Origin: Felis catus
Taxonomy: Eukaryota
Assembly (NCBI RefSeq): GCF_018350175.1
Contig: NC_058368.1
Span: forward strand, 238,950,001 to 239,014,000
Direction of reading: 5' to 3'
Length of the DNA stretch: 64,000 nucleotides
Shown here piece by piece: positions 36,570 through 47,865 of the stretch. How positions within the stretch are numbered: the stretch's first letter is position 1; the number at the start of each line of letters is the position of its first letter. The position numbers and the translations under genes are program-made. The notes beneath the pieces were generated by a model that worked only from the letters and a program-made list of their open reading frames with translations, made no database searches and was not told where the DNA came from.

Positions 36570-37160
36570 AGCAGTGGGCAAGATGAGGAGGCCGGCGGCG
36601 AGGAGGCGAGCAGTGCAGGGTCCGCAGTGCGAAGTGAGGGCGGCCAGGCTCACAGGGAACTCGAGCATGGAGGGGGCTGGTCCTGGAGGTCTAGGCCCCG
36701 AGGAGGCGCGGCCCCCACAGCGTGCAGGGCCGGCGCCCTGCTCGTCACGCAGGGGACAGGGCCCGGGTGCCTCCCGGACACGCAGGTCGGGCAGGTGCAA
36801 CACGCAGGGTGACGCCCAGGAATCACCACGAGGGCTTCTGGCCTTCTGGGGCCACGGCCCACGGAGCTCAAGCCCGCTCTGCAGGCAGGCTCAGGGCACG
36901 CACTGCGCGAACGCACGGCGCGAGCAGATGCAGCCGCGGCCACTCGGGTCCCCTGCACCCTCCCACCTCGCGGCTGCTGCGCGTGTGCCGCTGTGCCCAC
37001 TGGGCATGCGCAGTCTTGTGGGGAGGCCACGTGGGCGTCAGGACCCGCGAGGTGCCGGATGCTCAGCCTCTTGCCTCCCGCGGTGGGGAGGGGTCACCCA
37101 CGTTCCCGGCAAGATCTGCGCCTGCAGAGCCCCAAGGCTGAGCCGGTGCGGTGCTAGCTC
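36570..37160. promoter_or_regulatory. CpG-island-like region, candidate promoter
   Basis: Dense CpG in non-repeat sequence; NRF1-like TGGGCATGCGCA (37001-37012), E-box CACGTG (37028-37033), half-CRE CGTCA (37036-37040). Confidence 0.5.
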
Positions 37161-37409
37161 CGTGTGCTTTCTTTTGCAACCCCCGCAAGTATGGGAAACT
37201 GCTCTCGTCTTGAGACGGGGTCATCTTGTTCCTTAGCCCTGCCCCAGAGGAGGGGGTGTCTACACAGCAAGAGCCCCCTGCTTGTCGCTTCTTAATCGTA
37301 TCAGGGACAGAGAAGGCGCTCCCAGCATCACGCCATGTCCACCCCTTTGGGAAAAATGCTGGGTCAGAGAGATGGCGCAGAGCTCTGTTTCCTTGCCTAT
37401 AAATAAATT

Positions 37410-37516
37410 ATCACAATAATGTCACCTGCTTCATGGGGTGTGATGAAGATGAGCGCATATACTGTGCTTAGAACTGTGCACGAGATACCCTCCCCACAGT
37501 GTTGGCTGTCATTGTT
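37410..37516 (+). mobile_element. MIR 3' part
   Basis: aataatgtcacctgcttcatggggtgtgatgaagatga..gtgcttagaactgtgc..tgttggctgtcatt. Confidence 0.65.
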
Positions 37517-37544
37517 ACTTCCCTGAGGGGAAGATGCATGGAGA

Positions 37545-37980
37545 CCCTGTGCAGTGTGGGAGGCCCAGGCAGTGGGGAAGGTCCATGCAGTGTGGGTGGT
37601 CTGTGCAGGGTGGGTGGTCTGTATAGTCTTGGAGGTCCATAAAAGTGGGTGGTCTGTACAATGTGGGGATCTTATAGTGTGGGAGGTCCATGCAGGTGGG
37701 TGGTCTGGCAGTGTGGGTGGTCCGTGCAGGGTGGGTTGTCCATGCAAGTGGCTGGTCTGTGCAGGTGGGTGGTCTGTGCAGGGTGGCTTGTCCATGCAGG
37801 TGGGTGGTCTGGCAGGGTGGCTGGTCTGTGCAGGTTGGGTGGTCTATGAAGGGTGGGTGGTCTGGCAGGGTGGCTGGTCTATGAAGGGTGGGTTGTCCAT
37901 GCAGGTGGGTGGTCTGGCAGGGTGGCTGGTCTGTGCAGGGTGGGTGGTCCATGCTGGTGAGTGGTCTGGCAGGGTGGGCT
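37545..37980. repeat. Degenerate G-rich minisatellite, units of about 16-17 bp (GTGGGTGGTCTGTGCAG-like)
   Basis: Directly visible; gives repetitive TDHPP/GWVV pseudo-ORFs. Confidence 0.9.
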
Positions 37981-38152
37981 CTGGGACAGAGGCGAAGCTG
38001 AGTAGACGCATGAGTGTCCCTTTCCTTGGTGGCGCTGGAGAGCATGGCTTCGACATCCTTGCATCTCAGCTAAGCCGTAACCACTGGGTGTTGTCCACTC
38101 TTCCCGCTGGCCTCGACCACGGCCAGCTGAGGTGCAGGGAGGCCGCGGTTCT

Positions 38153-38166
38153 CCAGCAGGTGGCAG
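38153..38166 (+). promoter_or_regulatory. CTCF core motif
   Basis: CCAGCAGGTGGCAG matches CCASYAGRKGGCRS. Confidence 0.45.
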
Positions 38167-38874
38167 GCCAGTCACTTCCTCACGGGGCCACCAGCCGTAG
38201 AGGCTCCTCCTTGCTTGTTCCTTTCCTGCTTCTTTTCAGCTCCACGGAAAGGACCTTGCTGACCTGATCGCTTTTGTTTGTCTTGGGAACGTATACACTC
38301 ATTTTACTCATTCTCAAAGTGTCTTTTTGTTTTTTTGCTTAATCAGAATTAGGGGTACTCTAACCCAGCGAGCAGAACTGAGAGAATCCCACTAGAGAGT
38401 GTGTCTCCTGGGAGCCAGCGAGGCCACCTGGAAGGGGACCGGGCAGCCGCTCGGGGAGCCCCGAACATCCCTGCAGCATAGCTTAGCGGGGCACTGGGCC
38501 TGTCGCCCCCCACCGACCCGCAGGAGCGACTCTTCTGGGGCCTCATCTGAGAGGGGTCAGCTGGGGAGTGAGTGCTGTGTTCCTCTGGGGAGGGGGGCAC
38601 CCACGCAAGGAGCAGCCCGCGCTCGCTGCTCGCACAGATCGTGCGCAGGACAGGCGTGTGAGGAAGACAGTGCTAACTACCCCAGCTGTGGGTGAGAAGG
38701 CTGAACGTCGTCAGAGTCAAGTAGCCCCCACAGGGTCACATCGACAGGAAGCCTGAGCCTCCCGGCTCAACTCCATGCTTCCCTGCAGGACCGTCCCCAG
38801 CGCCCGGCAACCTTGGGCTGTCTGCTCTGTGTTTATTTTCTATTTATAGCAGTCCTGTTCTGTGTTGAGCATAA

Positions 38875-38937
38875 TCTTATAAGCTGCCCGAAATTCCTTT
38901 GGGAAGCAGATGGGGCGTACACCCTAAATAAATAAAA
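38875..38937 (+). mobile_element. L2 (L2d-like) 3' tail
   Basis: cttataagctgcccgaaattcctttgggaagcagatggggcgta..aaataaataaaa. Confidence 0.5.
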
Positions 38938-39659
38938 CGGTGTGGTTTGGTGAAAGGTAATGGCTTATTTCCCTCGTCGTAAACAAACTGTGATAATCCT
39001 GAATGAAAACCCTGGCAAGTAGCAACTTATGCTGGGACACCTCCAAGTGGTTCTCCTCATTGACTTTAGAGCTTTGTTATAAACAAATGTTGAATGATTT
39101 GCATATAAGACTCCAAAGTAGGGAAGGCACAGCTAGAAATAACAGAACTAGAAGTAACTGCCCCATTTCCTGATTCCTCATATTGCCCTTGAATATTTGT
39201 GGCCAGTATCCATAGCTCGCTCTGTAAAACAATGCTCGGTAAAGGCTGTCCAAACAACCCCTCACCAAAAGGGGGAAAGATGGTGTTGCACACAGGGCTT
39301 TCACTTTTCTCAGCTGACACATCTCGCCACCTATGATTAGAAGCATTTCTCACACATACCCTCCAAGTTTCTCTGCCTCTGGAGGCACAGATCCTGTGTT
39401 GCTTTTTTGCGGGAGTCCAGAGCCCGAGGGCCCCTCTGCACACCCCAACCAGCCGGGCCCCCAGCCCCTGCTCACGCCTGGGTCTCCATTCCACTTGTTG
39501 TGATGAAGACTTACAGACGTCTGGACTTTGTTCCAGACCAGAACAGTCATGTACTGTGGTGAGGCAACCAGCTGGAGGCCACCCTGAACTGAATACTGCG
39601 CGAATTTAGAGGTAATTTTTTTATGAACTCATATAAAACTTCTCACTCATCTACTTCTT

Positions 39660-41010
39660 ATTTAGCAGCTTTATTGAGGTACAATTGACACAGAATAAAC
39701 TGTACATAAAGTGTCAGCTTGATGTATTTGATATGTGTCTACACTGGCGAAACCACCACCACAAACAAGATAAGGAACATCTCTATCACCCCAAAGATTC
39801 CCCGTGCCCCTTTGGGATCTGTCCTTCCCACCCCTCCCTGTCCACACCACCTCAGGCTCCAGGCAGCCTCTGACCTGTTTTCTGTCACCGCTGACCAGTT
39901 GGCATTTGCTACAACTTTTATAGAAATGTAATAACACAGCATTTACTTTTTTTTGTCTGGCTTATTTCACTCTGAATAATTATGTTGAGACTCACCTATG
40001 CTTATGTGTGGATCAAGATTTCACTTCCTTCTGGGGTGCCTGGGTCGCTCTGTTGGTTAAACATCTGACTCATGATTTTGGCTCAGGTCTGATCTCACGG
40101 TTTGTGAGTTCGAGCCCCACATTGGGCTCCACACTGATAATGCAGAGCCTGCTTGGGACTCTCTCCCCGTCTCTCTGCTCCTCGACCATTCAAGCTCTGC
40201 TCTCTTCCCTCTCTCAAAATCAATAAATAAACTTAAAAATTTTTAAAAATATTTGACTTTCTTTTACAGTTTGGTAGTGTTCCACTGTAACGATTTACCA
40301 CAAAGCTGTACCCACTACCGTCCATGCATGTCTGAATTGTTTCTACTTTGGTATTAACTTAGTCACCCTAGCTTTCTTCGCTTAGGGTTGGCATGCTATA
40401 TCCTTTTCTAGTCCTTAATTGTTAGCATATTTATGTTTTGATATTTAAAGTGGGTCTCCTATAGGAAGTATAGAGTCAGGTCTTGGGGTTTTTTGTTTTT
40501 TCAATCTGACCACCTTTGCTTTTTAATTGCTGTATTTAGACCATTCATATTTAATGTGATTAGTGATATGGCTTAGTACATCTACCGTTTTTCTATGTGT
40601 CCCATCTGGTTTGGGTTCCTTTTTTCTTGTCTCCTTTAAGGTTGCATATTTTTTTATGTTTGAACTTAACGTCCTTTTTGGGGTTTTGGCTGTTGTTCAT
40701 CGTTTGTTGTGTCCCACAGTCACGTTAGGGTTTATGAACACATCTTTGTTTATTAATTCTATGTTTCAGTGATATCATGCGGATTCAGACCAACAACAGC
40801 ATACATACTTCCTTTGTACTACTAACATACATTGAGTTCTACGTGTTATAAATCCCATGATATATTGTTACTGTTTCCCATATCGCGGGGATCACTGTTC
40901 TAAGTTGCCTGATGTCCAATGTCTTGAAAGCTGTGTTCCATATATTATGGCTGTGTTTTGTCAGGCAGGTGGTAAATCTGGTCCCAGCTACCCACCTTAG
41001 CTGGTAGGGG
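39660..41010 (-). mobile_element. Old L1M 3' end plus upstream fragments
   Basis: cagctttattgaggtacaattgacacagaataaactgtacata..gaaaccaccaccacaaacaagataaggaacat; ttagaccattcatatttaatgtgatt. Confidence 0.8.
40033..40250 (+). mobile_element. CanSINE (diverged)
   Basis: ggggtgcctgggtcgctc, gtgagttcgagcccc, aataaataaac. Confidence 0.92.
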
Positions 41011-44000
41011 ATGTCAACCCACTTAAAAAAAATAACCTTTCTCTTTGTTTGTAAGCCTGTGTTCATTGCAAAAAAAAAAAAAAATTATGCAAAAGTAAGT
41101 TAATAAAATAAAGCCCATCCAGAATACTCAGTGGAGTATTTCTAATGCCTAACTATGTTTCCATCCAGTAATTTCTCTGTATCCATAGGTGACAGTCCTT
41201 TCTTTAGTAGTTACAATCACAGTACACATATGTGGGTCCTGGTGTTTTCTCTGAATGTCCCATAGTGAGCGTTTTCTCATGCCATTAAAGTTCTTTGACA
41301 TTTTAGAGGAAGCCCAGCACCCATCATGTGAATACACAGTAACTTATATAATCATTCCCCTGGTTCAGGTTATTTCCATGATTTTCCTTACTAAAATGCA
41401 TTTTATGGACCCAAGTTTCTCCTCACATTTCATGGTTTCCTCAAGGTACATCCCTAAAAGTGGCGTTCTTAGATTAGGAAGCACAGGGCTTAACATACAA
41501 GAAAAGTGCGCCTGTCCACGTGTGCAGTCCCATGCGTGATGGTCAAGGGTGTAAGAGCCCTGAGCTGTCTCCTAAACACGGATAGCGGGTAGACCCCTTT
41601 TGGACAAAGTGACAGGTCTTCTGGTCCCTGGAGTTGTTCAAAGTGGCAGTAGTGACTCAAGGCTCTATGTGCTGGTTCCCGATAGTCAGATCTGAACTCA
41701 CTAGAACTGTCGGGAGTCCTAATTGTGTCTCATATGAACCATGACGCAAGACCAGATTATCCTGTAGCAGTACTAGAGTTGGCATAAAATGGGTATTTTT
41801 TCTTTGGGAAAAATGGAAAACTACTCGTTGTGCACTTACTGCTAAGGTCCCTGGTGATTTGGCACAGAAACAGGTGAGGCCACGATGCAGTGGTTCTGCA
41901 GAGACCGGGCTATTTGGGCAGAGAGCTGGGCCCATCTTCCTGCCTCGGCAGACCTGGCGGAGACCCACAGAGCACAGGCCCGAAAGGTGTCGGACTTGGC
42001 AGCACAGTGGCTGAAGGGCCGGGGCCTGGCTCCCGGAGCAGGTATGGGCTGAGCCCACACCCAGGCCGAGCCAAGGTTTCTCCTGGGCCCCCAGCACTGG
42101 GCAGGCAAGTGGTCCCAAGGGCAGAGGCAGCCCAGCGGGGCAGGTGCTGCCCCGACCACAGCACTCCGGGAGCCCGGCTGCCCTGGGAGAGGCAGCGGGG
42201 AGGCCGCTGGGCTCACAGCTCAGATACAGCACCACATGTGCCCCTAGGCATCCCAGGGTAGCCTGCACCCCTCTGGGTCCCATGAAGGTCGGGGAGCAGA
42301 GCAGTCCCGGGGCTGCCCATGCCTGCTGTGCAAGCCCTTCTCCCAGCCGGGCCCCTTCCACAAGCCACTGGCCACCAGTGTTTCTGAGTTCAGACCCCTG
42401 TGGGCTGCACTTGACCCCTAGGCTGTTGTGGCTGCTGCTTCGAGGTGGGTCTGGCACTTAGGACCGCTTGGCTGGATGTCCAGCAGCCACACCCCAGTCT
42501 TGCCGTCTTTGCTGATGATGCCAGGTTTGAGCGGCCCTGACCCTGAGCTCCTGTCTGTGCCCAGAGTCACAGCCTGGCCCCCTCCCGGCCCCATATCTGT
42601 GTGAGCTGCTGGACAGCATGGTCCGGCCAGCACCCCGTGGCATTGTGGTTGAGTCTGGGGATACCAAGGCCACAAAGAGTACTGGTGGGGAAGAAGGGGT
42701 CCTGCTCTAGTCATTTCCCTACAGAGGGCCCCGTTCCAGTGATTCTGATGTCTGACGGTGGGACAGTCAAGACTCCGTCTGGAGGTAGAACTTCCCCTCC
42801 CTGCCCTGACTTGGCAGGTCCTGGGGGCCTGGGATGGGGTGGGCTGCAGGGAGTGGTGGGTCATTGCACTGACCCTCCTCCCTCTCAAGGCTGCTTGCTC
42901 CTCCAGGACTTTGGTAGGCAGGAGGGAGGGAGGCCCCTCATCTGGTGAGGTCCTCGCGGCTGCCTGGCAGTTCCTTTGCCTGGGACTCTCAGACCCTGGG
43001 GGGCGTCTTGCCCTTCCAGGACGGGCCCATGAGTTTTCAACCTGGGAGGGCAGGAGGCAGCAGTGGGTGGGAACTGCGTTCCCGACCATTGGGAGGCTCC
43101 AAGGCCAGAGCTGAGCCATGGAGACACCTCTCCTGCCTGGGTTATCAGGAAGCAGGAAGTTAGCACGGCAGGTCTGAGTAGCAGAAGTAATCAAGTGTCA
43201 CAAAGTCCAAGCCTATAACTCTGCAGGCTTTATTGTCAGGAGGAGCCGACTCCCTGTCCCGCTCACCCCTGTTCTAAAAGTGGTTTTGGTACCAAGGAGG
43301 GGTGTCTAGCCCAGAGCAAGGCTGTTCGGGGCACAAGACGTCCAAGCTTGGCCTCCAGTGGGCAAAGGACGGTGGAGGAGGCCAGGCCCTGAGCGGCAGG
43401 GGCTGCTGGTGCTGGGGTCACAGCTTGGGAAGCCTAGCCCAGGGCCATCCGGCCCCACGGCCACACTCTTGTGAACAAAGGCCCCGGCCTGGACGCCCCA
43501 GTGTCAGTGTCGAGGTCACGAAATGACAGGGCTCAGCTGAGAGGCACAGTTTCCTCCTGATAAGCCTCTGGCAGCTGCTCCAGGCCTTGCCCAGGACAGA
43601 CAAAGTCACTTGCCTCCACCTCCTTCCAGGAACCTTCTCAAAGGCAGCAGAGGCTGAGCCTGCCCGGAACCAGAGGGAAAAAATGCAGGGCTATGGAAGT
43701 GCCCTGACTTTGCAGGGCCCGGGCCCAGTTCTGCTGGAGGGGGGTCCTCACAGCCTCGGGAGGGGTGGGGAGGCGGCAGCCCCTGAGGGTCCTGTGTCCC
43801 CGGCCTTTGGCTCTCCGGCCCCGGACAAGGTGAGGAGTGGGCAGCCATACGGTAGGACAAAGCCCCTTGAGAGAACTGGGCCAGGAGGAAGGACTACAAG
43901 ATGCAGGCGGAGAGCTTCGTGGACCGCAGCACGTCTGGAACAGGGGCTGCTGCAGAGAACAGGCTCTTAGAAGCACCCAGAAGCTGCTTGCTTGCACACA

Positions 44001-46499
44001 GGTGCGGACGCCTGGCTGCTGGGAGCCCCTCCCCACTCAGGCAGGCCAGGGGAGGCGCTCAGGTAGAGCCGGCTCAGCAGAAACCTGGCCTCCGCCCCTG
44101 CCTGGCCACAGTGCACACAGCTGGGTCTGTGGCCCACAGCCACCATTAGGTGTGTCGTGCACGGACTGTGCCGACGGTCTCACGCCCGGGGCAGGGGAAG
44201 CTCTCCTGGCCACACGTCACCCTGAGGTTGCTCACAGCCCGCAGGGTCATCCGCAGCATGTGACTTCCAGTCTCTGTCCCTTAATGTGTCCAGCCACCCA
44301 TCGGTCCAGCAGCACCCAGTGGGAAGGGGTTTCTAATGATGAGATTTGAATCAGAGAGTTCCGGTACTAGTTAGTAGTCCCCACTAGTCCTCAGCCGATC
44401 ACCTGCGCACGCTCAGAACCGAGCAAGGCCTCCTTCTTCGGTCACGATAGACTATAAGGCGCATGGGGGCCACCAGGGAGGGCTGCTCTTACAAAGACAA
44501 GGCTTGTCTATGCCCCTCTAATGGGTTTGGAGAGTTCTGAACAGCAGAGAGAGGGGGGTTGCGCTGGGGATCTCTGCTCTGGAACAGGGGCGGGAGCGGT
44601 GAGTGGGCACTGCTGTCTGTGACCAGCTCTGCCCTCCAGCCAGCAGCCTCTGAGGCACGCTCAACTCGGGGTGGCCTGGCCAAGCTGACCAGGCTTGGGT
44701 GCTGTGCTCTCCGGGGTCAGGCCAGGCTGGGTGGACCCAGTGAGCACCAGCAGGTGTCTGTGGGCGGCCGCGGCTGCCTCGAGTCTCGCTGGGGAGCGGT
44801 CCCCGGCTCTTCTCAGAGCCCTGCCCCAGCTCTTCAGCAGCTACGCCGAGGGTGCAGGCCGTGTGCCTCCCGTGGCCCCCAACTGTTTGTTCAGCTTCCG
44901 GGGGGTGGATGTGCCAGGGTCTGCGTTCTAGAAGCCAGGATGTGGTCATTACAGGGCTGGCACCACCCGCCACTCACATCCCTACAAAGCACATGAGGAC
45001 AGACACGGTGGGCAAGCGGAAGTCACAGAGGCCCTGCCCCCGGTGACCACTTCCCACCCCAACACTTGGCCTTCCCAAGAACCGGCTGGCTGACGGTGAT
45101 TTGATCAGAAAGCGATTTTTGGGTCCGCGGCTCTGCGGCAGCGACACAGGCCTGCTCTCGGATGAGTCCCCGCCACAGCTGCTTTTTCTCTTTGTTCAAA
45201 TGTCACGACGTCCAGTTTCATGAATTGTTCTTTCCCGGTGATCGTTTCCTTTGTTGATTAGGATGGGGTAAGCCACAGGAGGCCGACTGCTGGACCAGCC
45301 TGGGTCCCGGAGGGGAGGGGGGAGGCTTTGCTCCCCAGGCCCTGTGCTCTTATCTGTGGACACTCACTGGGCCCTTGTCATCAGACATCAGGCCGCGTGT
45401 GATCAGTGGTCCAGGTGGGCCAAGGACCTCCACAGGGCCATGCCTGCTGGGCTGGTGAGGCCCCTGGAGCAGGGGGCCGATCTGGGCTGGCGGCTAAGAA
45501 TCAGCCTCGAGAAGGCTGCCCACCCAGACACGCACCACAGGCTGCCTCAGAGGGGCCCCAGCGTCTCTGCTCCCGCTGTGATGCTCGCATGGCTTCTCCA
45601 CCCGCCCTGGGGCCCCATCGAGGCCGCGCTTCCAGAAGCCACAAAGACCTCGTCCACCCCGAGTTATCCGAGCAGCTAGTGGTGTGTCTGCCTAATAACC
45701 AAAAGGCGAAGTAAGCCTAAATACTTCTTCTGCAACCTTGTGGGAATGCAGAAGCTTTCCCCAGCGCAGACTGATGAGCGGTGTGAGACCCGGAGCCGGA
45801 ACCCGGCCTTCCTGGCACGCCGAGGCCCAGGCGTCTGCGGCCTGGCGGGGAGCATGGCCATTCCCCTGCACCCCGTGCACCGTGCTCCCCGCGTTGGCTA
45901 GCTCCCCCTGCAGCGTGCAGGGACGCTTTGGGGCACCAGGGGACCAGCACTGAGCCAGACAGAGAAACCCTGTCCTACGGGGCTCCGAGTGAGCTGGGAG
46001 AGAGCCCGGGCGCGACAGGAAGAACAGATGCCATGTCCCGTGAGGTGGGTGTGCTTGGGGGGGCACCATCCCCACGGGCGGAGGTGGGAAGGCCACCCCA
46101 CACTGCGCCCTGTCAGGATAGGCTTCGAGGGCGGATGGCTCCCACAGAGGCCAGAGTCGGGGGGGAGCGGTTAGAGAGGAGGCAGGGGGTGAAGAGACCA
46201 GGTCTCAGGTGTGCTTTGATTCCTCCAGGGTGGGGGGGGGGGCGGCAACAGGGGGCTTGTGCCCACCCACCTCTTAAGAGAATCACTGTGCCTCCCAAGG
46301 GCACCAAGAGCCTGGACCAGACCAGAGGGATGGCCCAGAAGCAGGGGCAGCTGAATGTCATGCTCCTGCCTGTCCTCGGATGGCCATGCTCTCAGACGGC
46401 CTAACACCCATGGCCAAGTTCCGCTCCTCCTTGGGGACTAACTAAACCCCATTTTCCCATCCAGACATGCTTTCTGTTGTCTTTTCGTATGTTTCTCAA

Positions 46500-47865
46500 G
46501 GCTTGATTTTTCTAGAGCACTTTTAGGTTCACCGCAAAATTGCAAGGAAGGTATGAGGATTTCCCACATACTGTCCCCCTAAAATGCACAGCCAACCCCA
46601 TGATCAGCCTCCCCTGCCAGAATGGTGCATCTGTTGTAATTGATGAACCGACGTGGACACAGTATAATCACGCGGACCCCATAGTCCACGCTAGGGTCAC
46701 TCTTGGTGCTGGGCATTTGATGGGTTTGGACAAATGTACAGTGACATGTGTCCGCCATTATAGCATCAGAGTACTGTCACTGCCCTAAAAGCCCTCATCT
46801 CCCCCCGGTTGCCTCCCCCAACCCTGCCACAACCTGCAAATGCTGATCTTCCCACTGTCTCCGGAGTTTTGACTTTTCTCGAACGTCACAGAGTTGGAAC
46901 CATACGGTAAGTAGCCTTTCCAGGCTGGCTCCTCTCGGTAGTACGCATCTATGTTTCCTCCAAGTCTTCACGGCGTGACAGCTCGTTTCGTCCTGGAGCT
47001 GGGTAATGTCCCACTGCCTAGATGGACAACAGTTTAGTTGGACATTCAGCTCTGAAAGGCATCCTGGTTGCTTCTAAGTTTTGGGAAATTATAAATAAAG
47101 CTGCTGGAAACATCTGTGTGCAGGTTTTGTGTGGGCTCCATCGGGAACACAAGCAACATGGTCGCCCATCTTCTCGGGCGATTATCTGCCATCTGTATGT
47201 GTGCGGAAGCGTCTGGAAATGCCTCTGGCCCATTTTTCAATAGCATTGTTTGTTTTCTTATTGTTGAGTTTTACATAATAGTCCTTCATCATATGTGTCT
47301 TTCCCAAATATGTTCTCCCCACTGTGGCTTGTTTTCTTGCTCTCTTGACGTGGTCTTTCTCAGGCAGGTCGTGCATTTCAGTGAGGTCGGGCTTCCCTCT
47401 TTCAGGGATCGTGCTGGATCTAAGAAGTCATCACCAAACCCAGCTAGGTTTTCTGTCCCACGATCTTCTAGGAGACGTACAGTTCTGCATTTTACTTGTA
47501 GGTCTCTATCCGTTGAGAGTTCATTGTTGTGAAGGCTGTAAGGTCTGTGTCCGGACTCATTTTTCTTCACGGGGACGTCCCGCCGTCCCGGCAGTTGCTG
47601 ACGGGACCGCTTTTGTTCGACTGTGTTACCCGTGCCCCTTCGTCAAAGACCGGTGACTGTGATCACATGCGTCTGTTTCTGGGCCCTCTGTTCCGTTGCA
47701 CTGATCCGCTCGTCTGTCCTTTCAACGATCACCGTGGTCTCACCTGAGTCTTGAAGTCGGGAAGTGTCAGTCCTCGAATGTTCTTCAAGGTCGTGCTGGC
47801 TGCTCTGGGTTTTTTGCCTCCGTATAAATGTTAGAATTAGTTTGTCCTAATCCATAAATAGATTG
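46500..47865 (-). mobile_element. L1MC-like 3' end and ORF2 C-terminal part
   Basis: ttttaggttcaccgcaaaattg..aattgatgaaccgac..gggtttggacaaatgtac..ataaataaagctgct..agtcttgaagtcggg. Confidence 0.85.

Noticed and set aside
37397..38267. Repetitive His/Pro/Cys or Trp/Gly/Val ORFs
   Set aside because: Derived from a minisatellite with irregular unit lengths
38926..38937. Polyadenylation signal AATAAA
   Set aside because: Better explained as the tail of an L2-type relic
41657..44349. Longest ORFs in the track (170-266 aa)
   Set aside because: Overlap on both strands, P/G/R/A/C/W-rich composition typical of GC-rich non-coding DNA, no recognisable domain
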